Positions 33,701 through 46,654 of a stretch of 64,000 nt of DNA are shown here, in pieces (positions within the stretch are counted from its first letter, which is position 1; each line of letters opens with the position of its first letter). The notes under the pieces are model-generated. The model was not told the origin of the DNA, did not search any database, and was given only the letters and a program-made list of their open reading frames with translations. The stretch is taken from assembly GCA_027923505.1 (NCBI GenBank), contig BROI01000022.1, positions 124,001 to 188,000 of the forward strand. The letters are read 5' to 3'. The DNA is from Mayamaea pseudoterrestris (lineage: Eukaryota). A program made the position numbers and the translations under genes.

Positions 33701-36700
33701 CACCAGTGGCGCCTTCTAGGCAGATGGCCCTTTAAGTGGCGCTCAGAAGTATTTTCCTTCTCGCCTTCACTGAGATACTTGGATGCCATGAGGGGTCTCA
33801 CTACAGCCAAATGAACATATGGGACAAGGGTTTGGCCATGCAGGTGCTCATTTGATGCTCCACTGGTGCACCAGTGGCACCTTCTGGGCAGACGACCCTT
33901 CAACTGGCGATCAGAAGGTTGTTCCTTCTCGGCGTCACTGAGCTACTTGGATGCCATGGAGGGGTTTCACCACACCAAATGAACATACGGGACAAGGGTT
34001 TGGCCATGCAGGTGCTCATTGGATGCTCCATTGGTGCACCAGTGGCGCCTTCTAGGCAGATGGCCCTTCAACTGGCGCTCAGAAGGATTTTCCTTCTCGC
34101 CGTCACTGAGCTACTTGGATGCCATGGAGGGGTTTCACCACACCAAATGAACATACGGGACAAGGGTTTGGCCATGCAGGTGCTCATAGGATGCTCCATT
34201 GGTGCACCAGTGGCGCCTTCTAGGCAGATGGCCCTTCAACTGGCGCTCAGAAGGATTTTCCTTCTCGCCATCACTGAGCTACTTGGATGCCATGGAGGGG
34301 TTTCACCACGCCAAATGAACATATGGGACAAGGGTTTGGCCATGCAGGTGCTCATTGGATGCTCCATTGGTGCACCAGTGGCGCCTTCTAGGCAGATGGC
34401 CCTTCAACTGGCGCTCAGAAGGATTTTCCTTCTCGCCGTCACTGAGCTACTTGGATGCCATGGAGGGGTTTCACCACACCAAATGAACATACGGGACAAG
34501 GGTTTGGCCATGCAGGTGCTCATTGGATGCTCCATTGGTGCACCAGTGGCGCCTTCTAGGCAGATGGCCCTTCAACTGGCGCTCAGAAGGTTTTTCCTTC
34601 TCGCCGTCACTGAGCTACTTGGATGCCATGGAGGGGTTTCACCACACCAAATGAACATACGGGACAAGGGTTTGGCCATGCAGGTGCTCATTGGATGCTC
34701 CATTGGTGCACCAGTGGCGCCTTCTAGGCAGATGGCCCTTCAACTGGCGCTCAGAAGGTTTTTCCTTCTCGCCGTCACTGAGCTACTTGGATGCCATGGA
34801 GGGGTTTCACCACGCCAAATGAACATACGGGACAAGGGTTTGGCCATGCAGGTGCTCATTGGATGCTCCATTGGTGCACCAGTGGCGCCTTCTAGGCAGA
34901 TGGCCCTTCAACTGGCGCTCAGAAGGTTTTTCCTTCTCGCCGTCACTGAGCTACTTGGATGCCATGGAGGGGTTTCACCACACCAAATGAACATACAGGA
35001 CAAGGGTTTGGCCATGCAGGTGCTCATTGGATGCTCCATTGGTGCACCAGTGGCGCCTTCTAGGCAGATGGCCCTTCAACTGGCGCTCAGAAGGATTTTC
35101 CTTCTCGCCGTCACTGAGCTACTTGGATGCCATGGAGGGGTTTCACCACACCAAATGAACATACGGGACAAGGGTTTGGCCATGCAGGTGCTCATTGGAT
35201 GCTCCATTGGTGCACCAGTGGCGCCTTCTAGGCAGATGGCCCTTCAACTGGCGCTCAGAAGGATTTTCCTTCTCGCCGTCACTGAGCTACTTGGATGCCA
35301 TGGCGGGGTTTCACCACACCAAATGAACATACGGGACAAGGGTTTGGCCATGCAGGTGCTCATTGGATGCTCCATTGGTGCACCAGTGGCGCCTTCTAGG
35401 CAGATGGCCCTTCAACTGGCGCTCAGAAGGATTTTCCTTCTCGCCGTCACTGAGCTACTTGGATGCCATGGCGGGGTTTCACCACGCCAAATGAACATAT
35501 GGGACAAGGGTTTGGCCATGCAGGTGCTCATTGGATGCTCCATTGGTGCACCAGTGGCGCCTTCTAGGCAGATGGCCCTTCAACTGGCGCTCAGAAGGAT
35601 TTTCCTTCTCGCCGTCACTGAGCTACTTGGATGCCATGGCGGGGTTTCACCACACCAAATGAACATACGGGACAAGGGTTTGGCCATGCAGGTGCTCATT
35701 GGATGCTCCATTGGTGCACCAGTGGCGCCTTCTAGGCAGATGGCCCTTCAACTGGCGCTCAGAAGGTTTTTCCTTCTCGCCGTCACTGAGCTACTTGGAT
35801 GCCATGGAGGGGTTTCACCACGCCAAATGAACATACGGGACAAGGGTTTGGCCATGCAGGTGCTCATAGGATGCTCCATTGGTGCACCAGTGGCACCTTC
35901 TAGGCAGATGGCCCTTCAACTGGCGCTCAGAAGGTTTTTCCTTCTCGCCGTCACTGAGCTACTTGGATGCCATGGAGGGGTTTCACCACACCAAATGAAC
36001 ATATGGGACAAGGGTTTGGCCATGCAGGTGCTCATTGGATGCTCCATTGGTGCACCAGTGGCGCCTTCTAGGCAGATGGCCCTTCAACTGGCGCTCAGAA
36101 GGATTTTCCTTCTCGCCGTCACTGAGCTACTTGGATGCCATGGAGGGGTTTCACCACACCAAATGAACATATGGGACAAGGGTTTGGCCATGCAGGTGCT
36201 CATTGGATGCTCCATTGGTGCACCAGTGGCGCCTTCTAGGCAGATGGCCCTTCAAGTGGCGCTCAGAAGGTTTTTCCTTCTCGCCGTCACTGAGCTACTT
36301 GGATGCCATGGCGGGGTTTCACCACACCAAATGAACATACAGGACAAGGGTTTGGCCATGCAGGTGCTCATTGGATGCTCCATTGGTGCACCAGTGGCGC
36401 CTTCTAGGCAGATGGCCCTTCAACTGGCGCTCAGAAGGATTTTCCTTCTCGCCGTCACTGAGCTACTTGGATGCCATGGCGGGGTTTCACCACGCCAAAT
36501 GAACATACGGGACAAGGGTTTGGCCATGCAGGTGCTCATTGGATGCTCCATTGGTGCACCAGTGGCGCCTTCTAGGCAGATGGCCCTTCAACTGGCGCTC
36601 AGAAGGATTTTCCTTCTCGCCGTCACTGAGCTACTTGGATGCCATGGAGGGGTTTCACCACACCAAATGAACATACAGGACAAGGGTTTGGCCATGCAGG

Positions 36701-39700
36701 TGCTCATTGGATGCTCCATTGGTGCACCAGTGGCGCCTTCTAGGCAGATGGCCCTTCAACTGGCGCTCAGAAGGTTTTTCCTTCTCATCGTCACTGAGCT
36801 ACTTGGATGCCATGGCGGGGTTTCACCACACCAAATGACAATATGGGACAAGGGTTTGGCCATGCAGGTGCTCATTGCATGCTCCATTGGTGCACCAGTG
36901 GCGCCTTCTAGGCAGATGGTTCTTCAACTGGCGCTCAGAAGGTTTTTCCTTCTCGCCGTCACCGAGCTACTTGGATGCCATGGCGGGGTTTCACCACGCC
37001 AAATGAACGTATGGGACAAGGGTTTGGCCATGCAGGTGCTCATTGGATGCTCCATTGGTGCACCAGTGGCGCCTTCTAGGCAGATGGCCCTTCAACTGGC
37101 GCTCAGAAGGATTTTCCTTCTCGCCGTCACTGAGCTACTTGGATGCCATGGCGGGGTTTCACCACACCAAATGAACATACGGGACAAGGGTTTGGCCATG
37201 CAGGTGCTCATTGGATGCTCCATTGGTGCACCAGTGGCACCTTCTAGGCAGATGGCCCTTCAACTGGCGCTCAGAAGGTTTTTCCTTCTCGCCGTCACTG
37301 AGCTACTTGGATGCCATGGAGGGGGTTCACCACACCAAATGAACATACGGGACAAGGGTTTGGCCATGCAGGTGCTCATTGGATGCTCCATTGGTGCACC
37401 AGTGGCGCCTTCTAGGCAGATGGCCCTTCAACTGGCGCTCAGAAGGATTTTCCTTCTCGCCGTCACTGAGCTACTTGGATGCCATGGCGGGGTTTCACCA
37501 CGCCAAATGAACATACGGGACAAGGGTTTGGCCATGCAGGTGCTCATTGGATGCTCCATTGGTGCACCAGTGGCGCCTTCTAGGCAGATGGCCCTTCAAC
37601 TGGCGCTCAGAAGGTTTTTCCTTCTCGCCGTCACTGAGCTACTTGGATGCCATGGCAGGGGTTTCACCACGCCAAATGAACATACGGGACAAGGGTTTGG
37701 CCATGCAGGTGCTCATTGGATGCTCCATTGGTGCACCAGTGGCGCCTTCTAGGCAGATGGCCCTTCAACTGGCGCTCAGAAGGTTTTTCCTTCTCGCTGT
37801 CACTGAGCTACTTGGATGCCATGGCGGGTTTTCACCACACCAAATGAACATACGGGACAAGGGTTTGGCCATGCAGGTGCTCATTGGATGCTCCATTGGT
37901 GCACCAGTGGCGCCTTCTAGGCAGATGGCCCTTCAACTGGCGCTCAGAAGGTTTTTCCTTCTCGCCGTCACTGAGCTACTTGGATGCCATGGCGGGGTTT
38001 CACCACGCCAAATGAACATATGGGACAAGGGTTTGGCCATGCAGGTGCTCATTGGATGCTCCATTGGTGCACCAGTGGCGCCTTCTAGGCAGATGGCCCT
38101 TCAACTGGCGCTCAGAAGGTTTTTCCTTCTCGCCATCACTGAGCTACTTGGATGCCATGGAGGGGTTTCACCACGCCAAATGAACATATGGGACAAGGGT
38201 TTGGCCATGCAGGTGCTCATTGGATGCTCCATTGGTGCACCAGTGGCGCCTTCTAGGCAGATGGCCCTTCAACTGGCGCTCAGAAGGTTTTTCCTTCTCG
38301 TCGTCACTGAGCTACTTGGATGCCATGGCGGGGTTTCACCACACCAAATGAACATACGGGACAAGGGTTTGGCCATGCAGGTGCTCATTGGATGCTCCAT
38401 TGGTGCACCAGTGGCGCCTTCTAGGCAGATGGCCCTTCAACTGGCGCTCAGAAGGTTTTTCCTTCTCGTCGTCACTGAGCTACTTGGATGCCATGGCGGG
38501 GTTTCACCACACCAAATGAACATACGGGACAAGGGTTTGGCCATGCAGGTGCTCATTGGATGCTCCATTGGTGCACCAGTGGCGCCTTCTAGGCAGATGG
38601 CCCTTCAACTGGCGCTCAGAAGGAATTTCCTTCTCGCCGTCACTGAGCTACTTGGATGCCATGGCGGGGTTTCACCACGCCAAATGAACATACGGGACAA
38701 GGGTTTGGCCATGCAGGTGCTCATTGGATGCTCCATTGGTGCACCAGTGGCGCCTTCTAGGCAGATGGCCCTTCAACTGGCGCTCAGAAGGATTTTCCTT
38801 CTCGCCGTCACTGAGCTACTTGGATGCCATGGCGGGGTTTCACCACACCAAATGAACATACGGGACAAGGGTTTGGCCATGCAGGTGCTCATTGGATGCT
38901 CCATTGGTGCACCAGTGGCGCCTTCTAGGCAGATGGCCCTTCAACTGGCGCTCAGAAGGAATTTCCTTCTCGCCGTCACTGAGCTACTTGGATGCCATGG
39001 CGGGGTTTCACCACGCCAAATGAACATACGGGACAAGGGTTTGGCCATGCAGGTGCTCATTGGATGCTCCATTGGTGCACCAGTGGCGCCTTCTAGGCAG
39101 ATGGCCCTTCAACTGGCGCTCAGAAGGATTTTCCTTCTCGCCGTCACTGAGCTACTTGGATGCCATGGCGGGGTTTCACCACACCAAATGAACATACGGG
39201 ACAAGGGTTTGGCCATGCAGGTGCTCATTGGATGCTCCATTGGTGCACCAGTGGCGCCTTCTAGGCAGATGGCCCTTCAACTGGCGCTCAGAAGGTTTTT
39301 CCTTCTCGCCATCACTGAGCTACTTGGATGCCATGGAGGTGTTTCACCACGCCAAATGAACATACAGGACAAGGGTTTGGCCATGCAGGTGCTCATTGGA
39401 TGCTCCAATGGTGCACCAGTGGCGCCTTCTAGGCAGATGGCCCTTCAACTGGCGCTCAGAAGGAATTTCCTTCTCGCCGTCACTGAGCTACTTGGATGCC
39501 ATGGCGGGGTTTCACCACGCCAAATGAACATACGGGACAAGGGTTTGGCCATGCAGGTGCTCATTGGATGCTCCAATGGTGCACCAGTGGCGCCTTCTAG
39601 GCAGATGGCCCTTCAACTGGCGCTCAGAAGGATTTTCCTTCTCGCCGTCACTGAGCTACTTGGATGCCATGGCGGGGTTTCACCACACCAAATGAACATA

Positions 39701-42700
39701 TGGGACAAGGGTTTGGCCATGCAGGTGCTCATTGGATGCTCCATTGGTGCACCAGTGGCGCCTTCTAGGCAGATGGCCCTTCAACTGGCGCTCAGAAGGT
39801 TTTTCCTTCTCGCCGTCACTGAGCTACTTGGATGCCATGGCGGGGTTTCACCACACCAAATGAACATATGGGACAAGGGTTTGGCCATGCAGGTGCTCAT
39901 TGGATGCTCCATTGGTGCACCAGTGGCGCCTTCTAGGCAGATGGCCCTTCAACTGGCGCTCAGAAGGATTTTCCTTCTCGCCGTCACTGAGCTACTTGGA
40001 TGCCATGGCGGGGTTTCACCACGCCAAATGAACATACGGGACAAGGGTTTGGCCATGCAGGTGCTCATTGGATGCTCCATTGGTGCACCAGTGGCGCCTT
40101 CTAGGCAGATGGCCCTTCAACTGGCGCTCAGAAGGTTTTTCCTTCTCGCCGTCACTGAGCTACTTGGATGCCATGGCGGGGTTTCACCACGCCAAATGAA
40201 CATACGGGACAAGGGTTTGGCCATGCAGGTGCTCATTGGATGCTCCATTGGTGCACCAGTGGCGCCTTCTAGGCAGATGGCCCTTCAACTGGCGCTCAGA
40301 AGGTTTTTCCTTCTCGCCGTCACTGAGCTACTTGGATGCCATGGCGGGGTTTCACCACACCAAATGAACATATTGGACAAGGGTTTGGCCAAGCAGGTGC
40401 TCATTGAATGCTCCATTGGTGCACCATTGGCGCCTTCTAGGCAGATGGCCCTTCAACTGGCGCTCAGAAGGAATTTCCTTCTCGCCGTCACTGAGCTACT
40501 TGGATGCCATGGCGGGGTTTCACCACGCCAAATGAACATATTGGACAAGGGTTTGGCCATGCAGGTGCTCATTGGATGCTCCATTGGTGCACCAGTGGCG
40601 CCTTCTAGGCAGATGGCCCTTCAACTGGCGCTCAGAAGGATTTTCCTTCTCGCCGTCAGTGAGCTACTTGGATGCCATGGCGGGGTTTCACCACACCAAA
40701 TGAACATATGGGACAAGGGTTTGGCCATGCAGATGATCATAGGATGCTCCAATGGTGCACCAGTGGCGCCTTCGGCAGACCCTTCAACTGGCGCTCAGAA
40801 GGATTTTCCTTCTCGCTGTCACTGAGCTACTTGGATGCCATGGAGGGGTTTCACCACACCAAATGAACATATGGGACAAGGGTTTGGCCATGCAGGTGCT
40901 CATTGGATGCTCCAATGGTGCACCAGTGGCGCCTTCTAGGCAGATGGCCCTTCAACTGGCGCTCAGAAGGTTTTTCCTTCTCGCTGTCACTGAGCTACTT
41001 GGATGCCATGGCGGGGTTTCACCACACCAAATGAACATACAGGACAAGGGTTTGGCCATGCAGGTGCTCATTGGATGCTCCATTGGTGCACCATTGGCGC
41101 CTTCTAGGCAGATGGCCCTTCAACTGGCGCTCAGAAGGAATTTCCTTCTCGCCGTCACTGAGCTACTTGGATGCCATGGCGGGGTTTCACCACACCAAAT
41201 GAACATACAGGACAAGGGTTTGGCCATGCAGGTGCTCATTGGATGCTCCATTGGTGCACCAGTGGCGCCTTCTAGGCAGATGGCCCTTCAACTGGCGCTC
41301 AGAAGGATTTTCCTTCTCGCCGTCACTGAGCTACTTGGATGCCATGGAGGGGTTTCACCACACCAAATGAACATACGGGACAAGGGTTTGGCCATGCAGG
41401 TGCTCATTGGATGCTCCATTGGTGCACCAGTGGCGCCTTCTAGGCAGATGGCCCTTCAACTGGCGCTCAGAAGGATTTTCCTTCTCGCCGTCACTGAGCT
41501 ACTTGGATGCCATGGAGGGGTTTCACCACACCAAATGAACATACGGGACAAGGGTTTGGCCATGCAGGTGCTCATTGGATGCTCCATTGGTGCACCAGTG
41601 GCGCCTTCTAGGCAGATGCCCTTTCAACTGGCGCTCAGAAGGTTTTTCCTTCTCGCTGTCACTGAGCTACTTGGATGCCATGAGGGGTTTCACTACAGCC
41701 AAATGAACATATGGGACAAGGGTTTGGCCATGCAGGTGCTCATTTGATGCTCCACTGGTGCACCAGTGGCACCTTCTGGGCAGACGACCCTTCAACTGGC
41801 GATCAGAAGGTTGTTCCTTCTCGGCGTCACTGAGCTACTTGGATGCCATGGAGGGGTTTTGCCGCGCCATATGAACATATGGGACAAAGGTTTAGCCATG
41901 CAGGTGCTCATTGGATGCTCCATTGGTGCACCAGTGGCGCCTTCTAGGCAGATGCCCCTTCAACTGGCGCTCAGAAGGATTTTCCTTCTCGCCGTCACTG
42001 AGCTACTTGGATGCCATGGAGGGGTTTCACCACACCAAATGAACATACGGGACAAGGGTTTGGCCATGCAGGTGCTCATTGGATGCTCCATTGGTGCACC
42101 AGTGGCGCCTTCTAGGCAGATGACCCTTCAAGTGGCGCTCAGAAGGATTTTCCTTCTCGCCGTCACTGAGCTACTTGGATGCCATGGAGGGGTTTCACCA
42201 CACCAAATGAACATACGGGACAATGGTTTGGCCATGCAGGTGCTCATTGGATGCTCCATTGGTGCACCAGTGACGCCTTCTAGACAGATGACCCTTCAAC
42301 TAGCGCTCAGAAGGATTTTCCTTCTCGCCGTCACTGAGCTACTTGGATGCCATGGAGGGGTTTCACCACACCAAATGAACATACGGGACAAGGGTTTGGC
42401 CATGCAGGTGCTCATTGGATGCTCCATTGGTGCACCAGTGGCACCTTCTAGGCAGATGCCCCCACAACTGGTGCTCAGAAGGTATTTCCTTCTCGCCGTC
42501 ACTGAGCTACATGGATGCCATGGAGGGGTTTCACCACACCAAATGACAAGGACAAGGGGTTTGGCCATGCAGGTGCTCATTGGATGCTCCAATGGTGCAC
42601 CAGTGGCGCCTTCTAGGCAGATGGCCCTTCAACTGGCGCTCAGAAGGATTTTCCTTCTCGCCGTCACTGAGCTACTTGGATGCCATGGAGGGGTTTCACC

Positions 42701-45700
42701 ACACCAAATGAACATACGGGACAAGGGTTTGGCCATGCAGGTGCTCATTGGATGCTCCATTGGTGCACCAGTGGCGCCTTCTAGGCAGATGGCCCTTCAA
42801 CTGGCGCTCAGAAGGATTTTTCTTCTCGCTGTCACTGAGCTACTTGGATGCCATGGAGGGGTTTCACCACACCAAATGAACATACAGGACAAGGGTTTGG
42901 CCATGCAGGTGCTCGTTGGATGCTCCATTGGTGCACCAGTGGCGCCTTCTAGGCAGATGGCCCTTCAACTGGCGCTCAGAAGGATTTTCCTTCTCGCCGT
43001 CACTGAGCTACTTGGATGCCATGGAGGGGTTTCACCACACCAAATGAACATACAGGACAAGGGTTTGGCCATGCAGGTGCTCATTGGATGCTCCATTGGT
43101 GCACCAGTGGCGCCTTCTAGGCAGATGGCCCTTCAACTGGCGCTCAGAAGGATTTTCCTTCTCGCCGTCACTGAGCTACTTGGATGCCATGGCGGGGTTT
43201 TACCACACCAAATGAACATACAGGACAAGGGTTTGGCCATGCAGGTGCTCATTGGATGCTCCATTGGTGCACCAGTGACACCTTCTAGGCAGATGGCCCT
43301 TCAACTGGCGCTCAGAAGGATTTTCCTTCTCGCCATCACTGAGCTACTTGGATGCCATGGAGGGGTTTCACCACACCAAATGAACATACAGGACAAGGGT
43401 TTGGCCATGCAGGTGCTCATAGGATGCTCCATTGGTGCACCAGTGGCGCCATTTAGGCAGATGGCCCTTCAAGTGGCGCTCAGAAGGTTTTTCCTTCTCG
43501 CCATCACTGAGCTACTTGGATGCCATGGAGGGGTTTCACCACACCAAATGAACATACAGGACAAGGGTTTGGCCATGCAGGTGCTCGTTGGATGCTCCAT
43601 TGGTGCACCAGTGGCGCCTTCTAGGCAGATGGCCCTTCAAGTGGCGCTCAGAAGGATTTTCCTTCTCGCCGTCACTGAGCTACTTGGATGCCATGGAGGG
43701 GTTTCACCACACCAAATGAACATACAGGACAAGGGTTTGGCCATGCAGGTGCTCATAGGATGCTCCATTGGTGCACCAGTGGCGCCTTCTAGGCAGATGG
43801 CCCTTCAAGTGGCGCTCAGAAGGATTTTCCTTCTCGCCGTCACTGAGCTACTTGGATGCCATGGAGGGGTTTCACCACACCAAATGAACATATGGGACAA
43901 GGGTTTGGCCATGCAGGTGCTCATAGGATGCTCCATTGGTGCACCAGTGGCGCCTTCTAGGCAGATGGCCCTTCAACTGGCGCTCAGAAGGATTTTCCTT
44001 CTCGCCGTCACTGAGCTACTTGGATGCCATGGAGGGGTTTCACCACACCAAATGAACATACGGGACAAGGGTTTGGCCATGCAGGTGCTCATTGGATGCT
44101 CCATTGGTGCACCAGTGGCACCTTCTAGGCAGATGGCCCTTCAAGTGGCGCTCAGAAGGATTTTCCTTCTCGCCATCACTGAGCTACTTGGATGCCATGG
44201 AGGGGTTTCACCACACCAAATGAACATATGGGACAAGGGTTTGGCCATGCAGGTGCTCATAGGATGCTCCATTGGTGCACCAGTGGCGCCTTCTAGGCAG
44301 ATGGCCCTTCAAGTGGCGCTCAGAAGGTTTTTCCTTCTCGCCGTCACTGAGCTACTTGGATGCCATGGAGGGGTTTCACCACACCAAATGAACATACAGG
44401 ACAAGGGTTTGGCCATGCAGGTGCTCATAGGATGCTCCATTGGTGCACCAGTGGCACCTTCTAGGCAGATGGCCCTTCAACTGGCACTCAGAAGGATTTT
44501 CCTTCTCGCCATCACTGAGCTACTTGGATGCCATGGAGGGGTTTCACCACACCAAATGAACATACAGGACAAGGGTTTGGCCATGCAGGTGCTCGTTGGA
44601 TGCTCCATTGGTGCACCAGTGGCGCCTTCTAGGCAGATGGCCCTTCAAGAGGCGCTCAGAAGGATTTTCCTTCTCGCCGTCACTGAGCTACTTGGATGCC
44701 CCGGAGGGGTTTCACCACACCAAATGAACATACAGAACAAGGGTTTGGCCATGCAGGTGCTCACAGGATGCTCCATTGGTGCACCAGTGGCGCCATTTAG
44801 GCAGATGGCCCTTCAAGTGGCGCTCAGAAGGTTTTTCCTTCTCGCCGTCACTGAGCTACTTGGATGCCATGGAGGGGTTTCACCACACCAAATGAACATA
44901 TGGGACAAGGGTTTGGCCATGCAGGTGCTCATAGGATGCTCCATTGGTGCACCAGTGGCGCCATTTAGGCAGATGGCCCTTCAACTGGCGCTCAGAAGGA
45001 TTTTCCTTTTCGTTGTCACTGAGCTACTTGGATGCCATGGAGGGGTTTCACCACACCAAATGAATATATAGGACAAGGGTTTGGCCATGCAGGTGCTCAT
45101 AGGATGCTCCATTGGTGCACCAGTGGCGCCTTCTAGGCAGATGGCCCTTCAACTGGCGCTCAGAAGGATTTTCCTTCTCGCCGTCACTGAGCTACTTGGA
45201 TGCCATGGAGGGGTTTCACCACACCAAATGAACATACAGGACAAGGGTTTGGCCATGCAGGTGCTCATAGGATGCTCCATTGGTGCACCAGTGGCGCCAT
45301 TTAGGCAGATGGCCCTTCAAGTGGCACTCAGAAGGATTTTCCTTCTCGCCGTCACTGAGCTACTTGGATGCCATGGAGGGGTTTCACCACACCAAATGAA
45401 CATATGGGACAAGGGTTTGGCCATGCAGGTGCTCATAGGATGCTCCATTGGTGCACCAGTGGCGCCATTTAGGCAGATGGCCCTTCAAGTGGCGCTCAGA
45501 AGGTTTTTCCTTCTCGCCGTCACTGAGCTACTTGGATGCCATGGAGGGGTTTCACCACACCAAATGAACATACAGGACAAGGGTTTGGCCATGCAGGTGC
45601 TCATTGGATGCTCCATTGGTGCACCAGTGGCGCCTTCTAGGCAGATGGCCCTTCAAGAGGCGCTCAGAAGGAATTTCCTTCTCGCCGTCACTGAGCTACT

Positions 45701-46320
45701 TGGATGCCATGGAGGGGTTTCACCACACCAAATGAACATACAGAACAAGGGTTTGGCCATGCAGGTGCTCATAGGATGCTCCATTGGTGCACCAGTGGCG
45801 CCATTTAGGCAGATGGCCCTTCAAGTGGCGCTCAGAAGGATTTTCCTTCTCGCCGTCACTGAGCTACTTGGATGCCATGGAGGGATTTCCCCACACCTGA
45901 TGAATATATGAGACAAGGGTTTGGCCATGCAGGTGCTCATAGGATGCTCCATTGGTGCACCAGTGGCGCCATTTAGGCAGATGGCCCTTCAACTGGCGCT
46001 CAGAAGGATTTTCCTTCTGAGCTACTTAGATGCCATGGATGGGTTTCACCATGCTAAATGAACATACGGGATAAGGGTTTGGCCATGCAGGTGCTCATTA
46101 GATGCTCCATTGGTGCACCAGTGGCGCCTTCGAAACAGATGAGCCTTTAAATGGCGCTCAGAAGGATTTTCCTTCTCGCCGTCACTGAGCTACTTGGATG
46201 CCATGGAGGGGTTTCACCACACCAAATGATCATATGGGGCAAGGGTTTGGCCATGCAGGTGCTCATTGGATGCTCCATTGGTGCACCAGTGGCACCTTCT
46301 AGGCAGATGACCCTTCAAGT
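24767..46320. repeat. Tandem satellite array, 168-bp monomer, ~128 head-to-tail copies (~21.5 kb)
   Basis: Period measured directly (ATGAAC at 30115 and 30283). Consensus ATGAACATACGGGACAAGGGTTTGGCCATGCAGGTGCTCATTGGATGCTCCATTGGTGCACCAGTGGCGCCTTCTAGGCAGATGGCCCTTCAACTGGCGCTCAGAAGGATTTTCCTTCTCGCCGTCACTGAGCTACTTGGATGCCATGGAGGGGTTTCACCACACCAA, ~55% GC by hand count. Confidence 0.98.
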
Positions 46321-46654
46321 TTGTTAGTCCTTTGGTGGCAAGCTCAAGTCGTTCTGTGACAGCTTTTCTGGTGTACCTTTTTACCCACTCTATGAACTTC
46401 TGCATGGTCAAAACTTTGTTACATTTATGCTAATTCCAGAATCCGCTCACTGATGGGGGGAGGAAATTCTCTTCTGACAGTGAGTACAGACCGCACGTAA
46501 GCGGTATTAAAAAGTTCTGCCTACGACACTTGATTTTGTAACGACCGTCACGCAATCATTTTTTTCTTTGGGAGAGCAAGCAAAACACGGCATCATTCTG
46601 TAGCTGTCTATTTATAACAGTGCCTATTGACCTCAAGACGTGCATTTAGATATA

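Noticed and set aside
24845..45911. Very long + strand ORFs (up to 1299 aa) of a 56-aa repeat
   Set aside because: 168 is divisible by 3 and one frame happens to lack stops. Common variants are mostly non-synonymous (R/Q/W, I/F/N, A/P/T, H/R), and frameshifts and stops interrupt the frame repeatedly. This fits non-coding satellite, although translation is not formally excluded without Ribo-seq or proteomics.
24767..46320. CRISPR array interpretation
   Set aside because: There are no unique spacers (the whole unit repeats), no cas genes, and the context is eukaryotic.
24767..46320. Hammerhead or HDV-like ribozyme in the monomer (retrozyme-type satellite)
   Set aside because: I found no CTGANGA core on either strand of the consensus. 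CCTTCTCGCC resembles an HDV L3 loop but the flanking P3/P1 pairings are absent. Other ribozyme classes were not tested.
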